DNA of 64,000 bases from Torpedo marmorata (GCA_977017645.1 OZ360231.1:19220001-19284000); one strand, 5' to 3'. Shown: positions 25,463-37,585, counted from the stretch's first letter. The notes: generated by a model from the letters alone, not told the origin. Made by a program: numbers and translations.

Positions 25463-26634
25463 CAAACTAGATCAAAACCTCACAATTTGGGTCACTGCCA
25501 TTAAATGTCCCCTTAGTTGTGTCCAAATGAGCTCCACTCCCACTGTCTTGTCAAACACAGTCCCATTCCCATTCCCTGCAGTGCGCACTGGGCCCCTGGT
25601 TACACATGGGGGCCAATGGATTAAAGTCACAGCCCAAGGATGTGAGAAGCCCCAGTGTCAGTCCGCTGATGCCCCACTGGATGGATTCCGTGTTCCTTGG
25701 GCCTGGCGTGCTCACTCACGGGAGACGTGGCTGGGGTGTTGGGCAAGAGGTGCTAGTCAGTGTCCACTCTCCTTGAACAAGGCTCCACAACGAAGCGTCC
25801 CATTTCCCAGTAAGTGTGGAGGTTGGGTCAGGGCAAAGTGACCGCTCTGTTCTCTCCTGAACTCCACTCCATGGTGATGAACAGTTAAAGGAGATGTCTG
25901 TTGAATATGTAATTTTCCATTATGTAACTGCATGCACCAATTTATCAAATCTCTCTTGAAAGGTTGTGTTTATAAACTTTTACATCTGATTTTTAGTGAT
26001 GCACTGATTATTCTTTGAAAGAAGTCATTCACACTCAACTGCTCCGATCTTGGTTTGTCCAGACAGCTTCTTGCTGCCCGGGATGTAATATTCGAGTACA
26101 AGATAGGACACCATCCCTTTTCTTCTCCCTTACCATATAATTTCCCTCATCTCTCCCCTATTCCCTCCACACACCCTTCCCTCCACATGCCTTGCCCGAC
26201 CTCCCATGTCCCTCAGTCCATTTCCACCAACCTACTCCCTCCCTTGCTGAACCCTTCTCCCCCAGACTCGCTTCCACAGCCACTGCTCCCCATCTGCCCT
26301 CCCTGCCACTCTTGAGCTCCACCACCATGTACTCATCCAGACTCGCTTCCACAGCCACGTGTCCTTCCTGCCTACTTGTCTCTGTCGCCATCTGGTGCCC
26401 TGTGGATTCCAGCTCCGGTTCCAGGCCTCCTCTGTGCAAGACCTCCCAAATCCCTACTTCACCCCCACCTCCCCACCCCTTTACATTTTCGCTCAACTCT
26501 CCCACCTCCCCTCTCCAGGTATTCCTCCCACCACCTCATCTCCTGGCCAGAAGCATGGGGCTCACCATCTCTTCAGGAAGGAGAGCAAACATTCAATCAG
26601 GAGAACGACCCTATTGGTATTTGGAACTGTTGAG

Positions 26635-26824
26635 TGTTAAATGATGTAATCCATCCTCATGTGTACACATTGTATGCTTCATTCATTCTAACTTCATGAT
26701 TTCTCTATTTTTTTTTCCTTTTAAAACAAATTGTCAATTCCTTTGTTATCTCCACCTACTCCATTGTGCCCCGTCTCCAGCACACCCAGTTGGTAAGTAA
26801 TCATCATCCCTTTCATGTGGCATG
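26635..26824 (+). promoter_or_regulatory. Splicing regulatory region of the microexon: distal branch point, U-rich tract, UGC motif, YCAY (Nova) clusters, GCAUG
   Basis: No AG from 26635 to 26778; CTAAC 26688-26692; T-rich tract 26701-26722; TGC 26767-26769; YCAY at 26651, 26657, 26679, 26683, 26694, 26761, 26801, 26804, 26813; GCATG 26820-26824. Confidence 0.7.
26781..26792 (+). CDS. ROBO2: 12-nt alternative microexon (exon 6b equivalent) in the Ig3-Ig4 linker, adds AHPV
   Basis: ccgtctccag|CACACCCAGTTG|gtaagt; phase 1-1; with the upstream G reads GCA CAC CCA GTT G = A H P V, against ARPV in mammalian Robo2 e6b; long AG-free acceptor region and YCAY clusters. Confidence 0.85.
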
Positions 26825-27157
26825 ACTGTAAGTGCTTGGATCTCTCGCTCTTGGCCTCTGTTCATTCACCTGCTCTTTGTATAACCAGGGGTGGTGTTGG
26901 GGCGGCAATACAAAGGCAGAAAATCGCGGCATCTCCACGAGGGATTAGAGGCCCACCTTGGCAGCAGGGAGAGGCTGGATGGAGTTGTGCAGCAGCAAGA
27001 ATTGTCGGCGAAAAGAGAACCTGACTCGTTGAATTCCTGGGACAGTTTAATTGATCTATCTTGAATGTGTTTGAAAGAAAATGGATAGATATGTCTCTGC
27101 TGTGAAGTGTTAGATGATCTATCAGATGGCCTGAAGGCACCTGAATTATATTGTGGA

Positions 27158-27670
27158 CCACACCCTGACACTCAAATACAGATGCACACATGCATGCACA
27201 CATGCACGCACACATGCACGCACACATGCACACACTGACACTCAAATACAGATGCACTCTCACACACATGCACACGCGCGCACAGACACACACGAGTGCA
27301 CATGCATGCGGACATGCGCGTGCACATATACATACGCACATGCACGCACACATACCAGCACGCGCACAGGCACGCGCACACTCACATACATACACACTCG
27401 CCACCGCTCACACCCCCACTCTCTCTCACAGTCATGCATTCAATTACACCAAAATATTTACACACATGTAGAGACTTTACACATGCGCTCATACACAATT
27501 AATCAGAGAGAAAATGTGAGCCTGCACACAGATGTATGTGTGCACACACAAACAGCGCACACTCAACACACACATATGTGCATGCATTTCCATACACAGT
27601 TTACACATGCAAGCCACAATGCAGATAATAATGTACATGAGTGCATATGTACACACACGTGCACACAGGC
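27158..27670 (+). repeat. Degenerate (CA)n-rich low-complexity tract
   Basis: CACACATG/CACG motifs; CTGACACTCAAATACAGATGCAC occurs twice. Confidence 0.85.
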
Positions 27671-28081
27671 TTGGGGAGTGAGGAGAGCATCAATCTGCCA
27701 GCACTCACTGTCGCTGAATGAGTGCAGAGGCCCATAGGAGGGCGGGTTGTACGGAGAAAGAATACGTGGATTATGGTGGGGAGGGGGTTGGTGTGCAGCA
27801 GACAGGAGTGAAGGTGTCCTTCTACCATGGACAGTCTCAACCCTGAGTGGCTTCTAATCTCGCGTGGGGCTCTGCTTGAATGGAATGTGGCTCCCCCTCC
27901 TGCTTCTGCTCACAGTCTCGTCTGCTGCTTCTTGTGTTTGCTGCAAGTATGAGGATAGACTAAACCCAGCAAGTTCTGTGCAAATTCTGCGCTCCCTTCT
28001 GCTAATTAAGAGAAGCTATCGAGAACTGGGGCCGACTTTAACCTATGTTAACAGAGGATCAGAGGAGAAAGGGAGCCGGGA

Positions 28082-28770
28082 AGAATCAGAATCAGGTTTA
28101 TTGTCATGAATGTGTCACAAAATTTGTTGAGAGAGGAGTAAAACACGGAAGTCTGCAGACGCCATGATTGAAGTAAAGTATGCTGTTTGACCTGCTGAGT
28201 TTCTCCAGCATTGTGTTTTTATTCCATGAAATTTCTTGTTTTGCGGCAGCAGTATTGTGCAGAACAAGGTGCAAAATTACTGTAAATTACAATTCCGTAA
28301 ATACAAGATTTAAAAAAAATAAATAACTAGTTCAAAAAAGAAAAAAAGTGAGGTTAATGTCCGTGGTTCATTGTCCATTCAGAAACCTGATGGCGGAGGG
28401 GAAGAAGCTGTTTTTGTACCGTTGGGTGTTCATCTTCAGGCTCCTGTACCTCCCTCCTGATGGTAGCAGTGTGAAGAGGGCATGGCCTGGGTGGTGAGGG
28501 ACCTTGAGGATAGAGGCTGCTTTCTTGAGACACCGCCTCTTGTAGATGTCTTTAATGGAGTGGAGACTGATGCCCGTGATGACACTGGCTGAGTTCACAA
28601 CTCTCTGTAGCCTGTTCCTGTCCTGTGCATTGGCATCTCCATACCAGACAGTGATGCAACCAGTCAGAATGCTCTCCATGGTACACCTGTAGAAATTTGC
28701 AAGAGTCTTTGATGACGTACCAAATCTCCTCAAAATCCTCACGAAATATAGAGGCAGCAGAGTTTGTAGC
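28082..28770 (-). mobile_element. Rex1/Babar-like LINE 3' fragment with a short Penelope-derived insert (~28138-28222)
   Basis: ORF 28368-28787(-): [19 protein letters not shown]...HPGHALFTLLPSGGRYRS; (GATTCT)n tail. Confidence 0.85.
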
Positions 28771-29968
28771 AGCAAAGATGCACACATCAGGATACTCTTT
28801 ATCGACTATAGTTCGGCATTTAACACCATCAACCCCTCAAAACTGATCAGCAAACTCCAAGACCTGGGAGTTAACACCCCACTGTGTAATTGGATCATGG
28901 ATTTCCTCACCTCCAGACCACAATCAGTGAAGATTGGTAAGAACTTCTCCACAATCTCCATCAGTACCGGAGCAGCACAGGACTGTGTTCTTAGCCCCCT
29001 GCTCTACTCACTTTACACCTATGACTGTGTGGCTTGGTACGACAATAACACCATCTACAAATTTGCCTACGGTACCACGGTAGTGGATTGTATAAAGGAA
29101 GGGGACGAGTCAGCATACAGGATGGAGATTGAAAACTTGATTGAATGGTGCACCAACAACAACCTTGCACTCAATGTCACCAAAACTAAGGAGCTGATTG
29201 TTGACTTCAGGAAAGGAAAGCCAGAGGTATACAATCCAGTGATCATTGGGGGATCAAAGGTGGAGAGGGTGAGCAAATTTAGGTTCTTGGGAGTCACTAT
29301 CTCGGAGGATCTTTCCTGGACCCAACACACCAATGGCATCATGAAGAAAGCACGTCAGCACCTCTACTTCCTCAGGAGTTTGCGGAGGTTTGGTATGACA
29401 TCAGAAACCCTGGCAAATTTCTACAGAGGTGTGGTAGAAAGTGTGCTGACCGGCTGCATCACAGTCTGGTATGGGAACACCAATACCCCTGAATGTAAAG
29501 CCCTCCAAAAGGTAGTGGACACAGCCCAGGACATCACAGGCAAAACCCTCCCCACTATTGAGTACATCTACAGGGAACGCTGCTGTCGGAGAGCAGCAGC
29601 AATCATCAAAGACCCTCACCACCCAGCACACGCTCTGTTCTCGCTGTTGCCATCAGGAAAGAGGTATAGGTGCCACAAGACTCGCACCACCAGGTTCAGG
29701 AACAGCTGCTACCCCTCCACCATCAGACTCCTCAATAACAAACTCAATCAGAGACTCATTTAAGGACTTTATTGATTTTCTTTTTGTTCTCTCTGTATTG
29801 CACAGTCAGTTTATTTACAGTTCTTTGTTTGTTTACATGTTTTACGCTGTATACAGTTTAATTTTTGCACAACCAATTAGTGGTAATTCTGCCGCGCCCG
29901 CAGGAAAAAGAATCTCAGGGTTGTATGTGACGTCATGTGTGTACTCTGACAATAAATCTGAAATCTGA
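28770..29968 (+). mobile_element. Rex1/Babar-like LINE, 5'-truncated RT
   Basis: [44 protein letters not shown]; ends gacaataaatctgaaatctga. Confidence 0.92.
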
Positions 29969-30110
29969 GCTTGATTTTATGGAGGGAGGTAGGAGCAGTC
30001 AAGTCTAGAGTGAACAGTTTTTGGGATTCAGCTGAGACGGATGTAATCGAGTGATGTTAATGAGATGAATCATAGGCATTCTTAGAGTTGGCATGGATGT
30101 ACCATTCCAG

Positions 30111-30467
30111 TATAGCGGCCCGCGACGTACTCCGCAGGCCGACACAGGGAGCCATGGTCGAACACGGCGATCGCGCAGGTGGCACGTAATTCGGACGGCC
30201 CGTTCCCATAGGCCACAATGGCAAGGAGGGAACGGGCCAATCCCTAAGGATGGATCGTGGCCCGACCAATCCTGGGCGTCGCGCCTTAGGCCACGCCCCA
30301 TCAGTGACGCAGCAGTCAGGCTCGGCCCGCCTATAAAAGGCAGAGCCGACGGCAGAATAGGCAGTTCTGTCTTGACGCTCAGAGGGTGTGCATCTCCCTC
30401 TTGAACTCCAGAACTAGAGTGACGACCAACTCGACGTGCAGAGCTATAACCGTAGCGACGCGCTTCA
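30111..30467 (+). mobile_element. Solo LTR, 357 bp, TSD CCAG; same family as 24027-24383
   Basis: TATAGCG...CGCTTCA; CCAG at 30107-30110 and 30468-30471; collinear and nearly identical to 24027-24383. Confidence 0.85.
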
Positions 30468-30731
30468 CCAGATCGATTTAGGGCTCAATATCCTCACTAT
30501 AATTTGATTCAATGGTCTTGACAGAAGACAATGGTCTTGAAGAAATAACTATGATCTTGCACCTGCCTTTGAGGCGTTCCAAATCCATATGAAGCCAGTC
30601 AGACCTTTTCTGTTGTGCAGCAAATGTGAACACCAGCACAAAGAACAACCAGTAAAGCTCACAAAGTTAAACAAGACATCTGCGAACATTGTGTTTCTCT
30701 GACTGCAAGGGGCGCCGGGAAATGTTAATGG

Positions 30732-31218
30732 TGTTCACAAGGATGATTCTGGGGGGAAAAAAAGGGTTATCATATGAGAAGCGTTTGACAACTCTTGGCC
30801 TGTACTCGTTAGAATTTAGGAGAATGAGGGGGGATCTCATTGAAACATTTTGAATGTTGAAAGCCATGGACAGAGTAGATGTAGAAAGGTTGTTTTCCAG
30901 GGTGGGAGAGTCTAGGACAAGAGGGCACAACTTCAGGATTGAAGGGCGTCCGCTTAGAACAGAGATGCAGAGGAATTTCTTCAGCCAGAGGGCGGTGAAT
31001 CTGTGTAATTTGTTGCCACAGGCGGTTGTGGAGGCCAGGTCATTGGGTGTATTTAAGACAGAAATTGATGTTATCGATTAGCCAGGGCATCAAAGGTAAT
31101 GGGGAGAAGGCCGGGCAGTGGGCTGAGTGGGAAAATGGATCAGCTCATGATGGAATGATGGGGCAGAATCGATGGGATGAAGAGCCTATTTCTAGTCCTA
31201 TGTCATACACTCTTATGG
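30732..31218 (+). mobile_element. CR1 3' fragment
   Basis: DRVDVERLFSRVGESRTRGHNFRI...NFFSQRAVNL. Confidence 0.8.
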
Positions 31219-31637
31219 AATCTTTATCTGCCTTATGGCAGACTAAAGGCAATTTTTTGTAATATTACATTTCTGTTTTATTACATGACAATAAATAGTA
31301 TCTATTCTTTGTAGATTCGTAAACCTTGCACTAAAATATTGGATCAGATATGGGGAGAACTCTTCTGGTATTCAGTGACGTTCAAAGTGATGGTGTATCT
31401 TGTTTAATAACTCACCTTTCCTTCTTGTACACTTGTCGCAAGGTTGAGACACAGATGTCTGTCGAAATAACAAAGCGAGAGGCCATGCGGATGTCCTCTT
31501 TGAACTTCTGATTTTCTTTAAAATGTTCGGTGCCTTTTTTCTGTTTAGAGACCCAACAATGTGTTAAAGTCCTTTTCTCACCAGTTGGAATGGATCAAAA
31601 GGTGCAACATTTAATTGGTTTCCTTTTTTTTTTCCGT

Positions 31638-32142
31638 TTTGGTGCGCACCTTCGCTCTGTCCGCAGCAATGACAGTGATCTCCCAGTGGCTGACCATTTC
31701 AATTCCGCACGCCTCTCCTGCGCCGACATGTCTGTCTATGGCCTCATGCACTGCCAAACCGAGGCCATCCATAAATTGGCATTCTCCCACCGGATGGCAT
31801 TAACATCGACTTCTCTGCTTTCCTTTAGGCCACTCCCATTCTTACTCTCTTCCCCATCCCTCTGTCTCCTTCCTTCCAGCTCTCTGCCCCCTTCCCTCTC
31901 CATTCAGAGAGCCATCCCCCCCTACACCTATCACCTCAGCTTTTTTCTCTTGTGCCCTCCTACCCATATCCACCTATTACCTTTTGCCTGTGGCCTGTGC
32001 TCCTCCCCCTGCCCCTCCCCCACCTTTTTTTTATTCAGGCACCTGTCTGCTTTTTATTCATACCTTGATGGAGGGCTCAGGCCCAAAACGTTGGTTATGT
32101 TCCTTTATCTTTGCTAAATAAAGAATGCTGTGTTACCTGCTG
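31638..32142 (+). mobile_element. Penelope-like element 3' fragment (GIY-YIG C-terminus plus terminal repeat)
   Basis: RFGAHLRSVR...LPVADHFNS..MSVYGLMHCQ; pyrimidine-rich tail; ttgatggagggctcaggcccaaaacg motif. Confidence 0.75.
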
Positions 32143-33562
32143 AGACCAGATAAGGGGGGCACTTTTCTGGTATTCAGGGAAGTTCCAAGAGATGGTGCAT
32201 CTTGTTTAATAGCCCACCTTTCCTTCCTGTACACTCGTTGCAAGTTTGGGACACAGATTTCTGTTGAGATCACAAAACGAGACGTGTCGGCACTTTTGTG
32301 TAAACTACAATCGCAGCGTCTGCAGACTTTCTTGTTTAGTTTGGCAGTGCAGCACTCCATCAGTCCTGCACTGCGAGAGTTGACCTAGATTTTTGGGTTC
32401 AAGTCTACGGAGGGGGAATTCAAGTCCTGAAGGATCCATCCAGAGGATATCCTGATCCAGATGGCTGGTTTTCAGATTTACCGCAGCCCATTGACGGTGT
32501 CTAATCTCAGAGGGGCAGTGACGAGCCTGCCAGAGGCAGGATCCGTCGTACAATAATTAAACACCTCTTCATTTCTCCATCCTGGAGAGTGCCCTATAAT
32601 TCCTCGTTCTGGCTGCTGTTTTCTGATGTTTGGGCAGCTCTTGGCTATCTAATTCCACTTGGACACTGGCGGATTTTTCAAGGGTTCTAAGCAAATGCCC
32701 TCCTCTCTGTAATTGCTTTATCTTACTGAATAAAACATGATGCTCGAAGGTTTCAAAAAATGATTTAAAAAAAAGAAAATATTTCTGCCTGGGGCATCTG
32801 CATTCCATCATGAATTAAATATCGCTTTTGATGATCCATTTTCACTGAAGTGAAAACGACTTTAATAAATCATCAAGTCTCAAATCTGAAAAGGTAGTTT
32901 GCCATTTGGTAAAATAAAATCAGAAGTTGAAAGTCGAGCTCTGTCCGGTCTAACACCCCACCTTTGGTTGTTGGAGGAACTCAGCAGGTCGAGCAGCCTC
33001 CATGAGGGTGGAAAAGGAATTGTCGACGGTTCAGGTCAAGACCATACATCGTGTCCTGCACGCCATCCCGTTGTACAGGGCGGGAAGGGTTTTGTACCCC
33101 TCTGGGTCACCGGCTGATGGATAACCTCTCTCCTTCTCGTGCTGAGGCTTCCTGGGTGACAGTATTGGGGGGGTAAGTGGGGGAGCTCAGGAGCCGGGGG
33201 TGGGTGCAAGGGAATCCATGAGTGATTCACGTTCCTGTGTATGAATGGATGGACGAAGAGAGGGGTCAGCGAATCCCACTGCGGATGAATATCTAGCCAT
33301 GAAGGAAACTCAAACAGAAGATAGCCTCAAGTTCAAATTTATTGTCACATTGTACAGTGTGAAGCATTCATTTGGTTCATTTTCAGGAGCAGTCTGGCAA
33401 GTCCACTCTAATAGCTATACCAAGAACAAGAGTAAGAGCACATTACTATGTGTAGTGTCACAGTGAAAAGATTAGTACGTAAAGGGTTTATAAAATCATG
33501 AGGGGCATAGATAACATGGTTTGCTTCAGTCTTTTTCCCAGGGTAGTAGAGTCTAAAACTAG

Positions 33563-34485
33563 AGTTTGCAGATGACAAAGATTGGAGGCGTTGTGAACAG
33601 CGAAGAGGGTTTTCAAAGCTTGCAGAGGGATCTGGACCAGCTGGAAAAATGGGCTGAAAAATAGCAGATGGAATTTAATGCAGACAAGTGTGATGTGTTG
33701 CATTTTGGAAGGACAAACCATGAAAGGACATACACGATGAATGGTAGAGCACTGAGGAGTGCGGTAGAACAGAGGGATCTGGGAATACAGATACATAATT
33801 CCCTGAAAGTGGCGTCACAGGTGGATAGGGTTGTAAAGAGAACTTTTGGCATATTGGCCTTCATAAATCAAAGTATTGAGTATAGGAGTTGGGATGTTAT
33901 GTTAAAGTTGTATAAGACATTGGTGAGGGCAAATTTGGAGTATTGTGTGCAGTTTTGGTCACCTAACTACAGGAAAGATATCAATAAGATAGAAAGAGCG
34001 CAGAGAAGATTTACTAGGATGTTGCCCGGACTTCAGAAACTGAGTTACAGGGAAAGGTTAAACAGGTTAGGACTTTATTCCCTGGAGCGTAGAAGAATGA
34101 GTGGAGATTTGATAGAGGTATTTAAAATTATGAGGGGGGGACAGACAGACAGAGTAAATGTAGATAGGCTTTTTCCACTGAGGGTAGGTGAGATACAAAC
34201 CAGAGGACATAGGTTAAGAGTGAAAGGACAAAGGTTCAGGGGGAATATGAGGGGGAACTTTTTCACACAGAGAGTGGTGGGAGTGTGGAACGAGCTGCCA
34301 GCTAAAGTGGTGAATGCGGGCTCAATTTTAACATTCAAGGAGAATTTGGACAGGTACATGGATGGGAGGGGTATGGAGGGCTATGGACTGGGTGCAGGTC
34401 AGTGGGACTAGGCAAAAAAATGGTTTGGCACTGACTAGAAGGGCCGAAGGGCCTGTTTCTGTGCTGTAATGTTCTCTGGTACTAT
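33563..34485 (+). mobile_element. CR1 LINE 3' portion
   Basis: ORF 33668-34411 MEFNADKCDVLHFG...GQWD* and 3' UTR. Confidence 0.93.
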
Positions 34486-36781
34486 GTATCTTGAGAGGAT
34501 AGGTTGAAGTTGAGAGAGATTTAAAGGAAACCTGAGGGGAAACTTTTTCCCACAGAGCTTTATCCTATTAAATACAATTCAGCTCTGAGGTATGAAGATA
34601 TTCGACAAAAGAGGAGCATGTAACAGGAGGAGGAAGAAGCAGAGAAGGTAACAAAGATTTCAAATGCAGGCAAATGGAACAATTCAGGCAGACATCTTGG
34701 GTCAGCATGGGTGAGTTGGGCAGAAGGGCCTGTTTCTGTGCTGTATAATGTGATTGGAAAAGATCTTGGATGGTGGCAGAACACGTGGTGGCTATAATTA
34801 ATCAAGGGAAGGGACAAGGGGAAATGAAAGGGAAGGTGGAATGTTTCAGCTTGTGTGTGATCATAAGACCATAAGACCTGGAAGCAGAAGTAGGCTATTC
34901 AACGCATCGAGTAGTCTTGTCCGATAGGCTTGTGGAGGGCTTTGACATCTCGGTGGTGAGGTCAAGGAGAGAAAGTCTCCGGCCCGGAGCAGTGACTTAG
35001 AAGCACAGTGCGTTACCGGTTCTGTGAGTCGCGGTTATCCATGGCTCTGTCGACGTGGCCCTGCAAACAGAAATGAGCGATCAAGTCCCAAAGACCCTCC
35101 CCTGCACGTGGGGTGAGGCTGCAGCATATATTCCACATCCCAAACCGAGGGGCCGACCACTCTTTGTCTCCCACTGACGTTGCTCGACCCAACTGAGTTC
35201 CTCCAGCAGAGTTTGTTTGCCTCACTGGGAAGTTTAAGGGTCAGCTGATCGATGGGTCTGGAGTCACATATAACTCGGACTGTGTGAGTGGGGGCAAATG
35301 ACCTCTCCTTGCGGGACTGGTCAGCCAGGGAGGGGGGGGTGGTGTTTTAATTCCAGGATTTATTTGATGAACAACATTTCAATGCCCCAACTGTCAAGTT
35401 GGAATTTGACCCCTTCAATATGAAGCTTAGTCCTGGCCATTGTGTCACGATCCAATACCCCAGCTGCTAAACTCCCTCACCTCACGTCGGGGCTTGGACC
35501 GGCAGGTTATCTTTCAGCACAAGTTAACCTTCGACCCTCGGTTGACTCTAACGGGGCGATGAAATCCAAACCAAGGTGAGGATTAACCCTTTCAGCAGAT
35601 CTTCCCAGGTTGCACTGGGGCGGGGGGCTCCCTCCCTTTGCCTCTCTCTCTGTCTGCGCCTGTCCTTCTCTGCTTTTGCTTGGCTCCATCTCCGGCTGGG
35701 CTTTGTTCCGATGCTCTGTGTGTGCGCGCGTGTGTTTGTTCAGCATTGCCCGTGCATGCTGGGCCCTGAAATTGTGCTTAACCATCGTGACTTGGTAAAT
35801 ACTAACAAAATCAGTGGGTAACTTGGCATGAGTGTCGTGCTGTGGACTAAAGCCCAATTCGCGCTTGGAATCTGCGCACACTCTAGCCTGATCTTTGCTG
35901 GCAAGATTGCCGCTGCTTGCTTTCCGTCTGCTAAATCAAAGGGCTTCCGATTCCGTCCTCCAGTTATTGACCGTTTATGCTTTGGAGAACTTTACCATCA
36001 GGGACCCCTTCTTACAGGGAGAGATTCCTTCATGGAGAGGGAAGTTGTAATCAATTCACTCCTTAAAAGCTGCAGTACACTATTTCTTTTTGGTGGAACG
36101 TGGATAATTATTTAGTAAGATGGAATGCCTAACAAGCAGTCTGTGCAGATGGACTTCATAGACCCGTCAACAGCGTAAGGGCAATGGGTTAACAGACTCG
36201 CACAGATGGGAAGGCAGTGAGTTAAGTGCCCTAAAGTGCATGTTTATTTGCTGATGATAATTCACACCTCATGCACTGTTGGTTTGAATAGACTCTGTCA
36301 GCCTTGTCCACTGTCGTATTATGAATACTGACAGAGAAAAACAAAAAAAACACTAAACAAAAGATATCAGGGTTATTGGCCTTTGCAGAAAGAAGTGCTT
36401 ATTGCAGGATTAGACACGGGTGTATCAGAGGCAGGGAGGGGGTGGGGTGGGGGGAAGAAATTGGGCACAGCGCCTGTTCCCGATCCACACCTGGTCGCTG
36501 GTGGGTTAGAGGGACGGGCGAACTGTCAGGATTCCTGCTCCTGTTCACTGCTCATTGACTCCAGTCTGATGGGGAGGTGCACCCAGCAGGGATTACTGAC
36601 CGTGGTCTCATCCTGTGATCCCTGGGTTAGAGAGAGGCAGTGAGAGTGGGGTGGGATCGGGCTCCTGATCCCTCTCTGGTCAGTGGTGGGTTAATGTCAG
36701 GGTTCCTGCCACTGACCACTATCCAATGGTCCCTGGATTAACGAGGAGGGGGGATATCAGACAGGTTCACTGTCTTGTAAC

Positions 36782-37081
36782 AAAGTAAAAACACAATGCT
36801 GGAGAAACTCAGCAGTTCAAACAGTGTACTTCATGTAGCAAAGATAAAGATACATAACCAACGTTTCAGGCTTGAACCCTTCATCAAGGTATGGAAATTT
36901 GTCGGCAGGCGTCCGAACAAGAATACATTTTTCCATACCTTGATGAAGGGTTCAGGCTCAAAATGTTGGTTATGTATCTTTATCTTTGCTATATAAAGGA
37001 CACTGTTTGACCTGCTGAGTTTCTCCAGCATTATGTTTTTACTTCAACCACGGTGTCTCAGACATTCATGTTAATTTTTTG
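36782..37081. mobile_element. Penelope-derived palindromic insertion (two inverted terminal-repeat copies), 12-bp TSD
   Basis: Arms ~36783-36897 and ~36929-37044 are reverse complements; CTGTCTTGTAAC at 36770-36781 and 37082-37093. Confidence 0.8.
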
Positions 37082-37251
37082 CTGTCTTGTAACTCCTGGA
37101 TTACAGAGAGGGGCGTGATCAGATAGGGTTCCTGCCCATGCTCACTGAGTTTTGGTGAGAGGGAGAATCAGCCTAATAAATGGTCCAGGGGGAAAGTGTC
37201 AGGGGTTGGGGGAGAATGGAACTGGTTCATTGTGGGTCCTCTCTCAATTTA

Positions 37252-37585
37252 GGCCCTTTCACACTGCCGAGTACATGTGGGTTAACCGGACAATTTACCC
37301 GGTAACTTACCCGGTAATCGTGCGGTGTGAAAGGTCCCAACCGGGCAGGGCAAGTCAAATTCAACCCGGCTCGGAGACATGGAGGGGGGGCGTACTCTCG
37401 GAGCCCGGCCGAGTGAACCCACCAATTGCCTTCTGGCGGTGTGAAAGGACAAAAGTCTTACCAGGTAGGATTAGTGGAGGCGGGACCCCCCTTAAAATCC
37501 CGGGTTGCCGATTTACCTGGTAAGTAAGGCTGCAGTGTGAAAGGCCCCAGAGGTGCAGCCTTCCCGGGAACTTTACCCGGTTTCT
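37252..37585. mobile_element. PIF/Harbinger-like MITE fragment
   Basis: TTA|GGCCCTTTCACACTG start, inverted CAGTGTGAAAGGCCCC at 37533-37548, internal GTGTGAAAGG and TTACCCGG repeats. Confidence 0.6.

Noticed and set aside
24027-30467. One full-length LTR retrotransposon bounded by the two LTRs
   Set aside because: Each LTR has its own distinct TSD, and the interior has no gag or pol but does contain host intron and the microexon.
37515-37530. Strong donor CTG|GTAAGT suggesting another cassette exon
   Set aside because: It lies inside a Harbinger-like MITE, with no convincing in-frame acceptor or Robo-like coding sequence.
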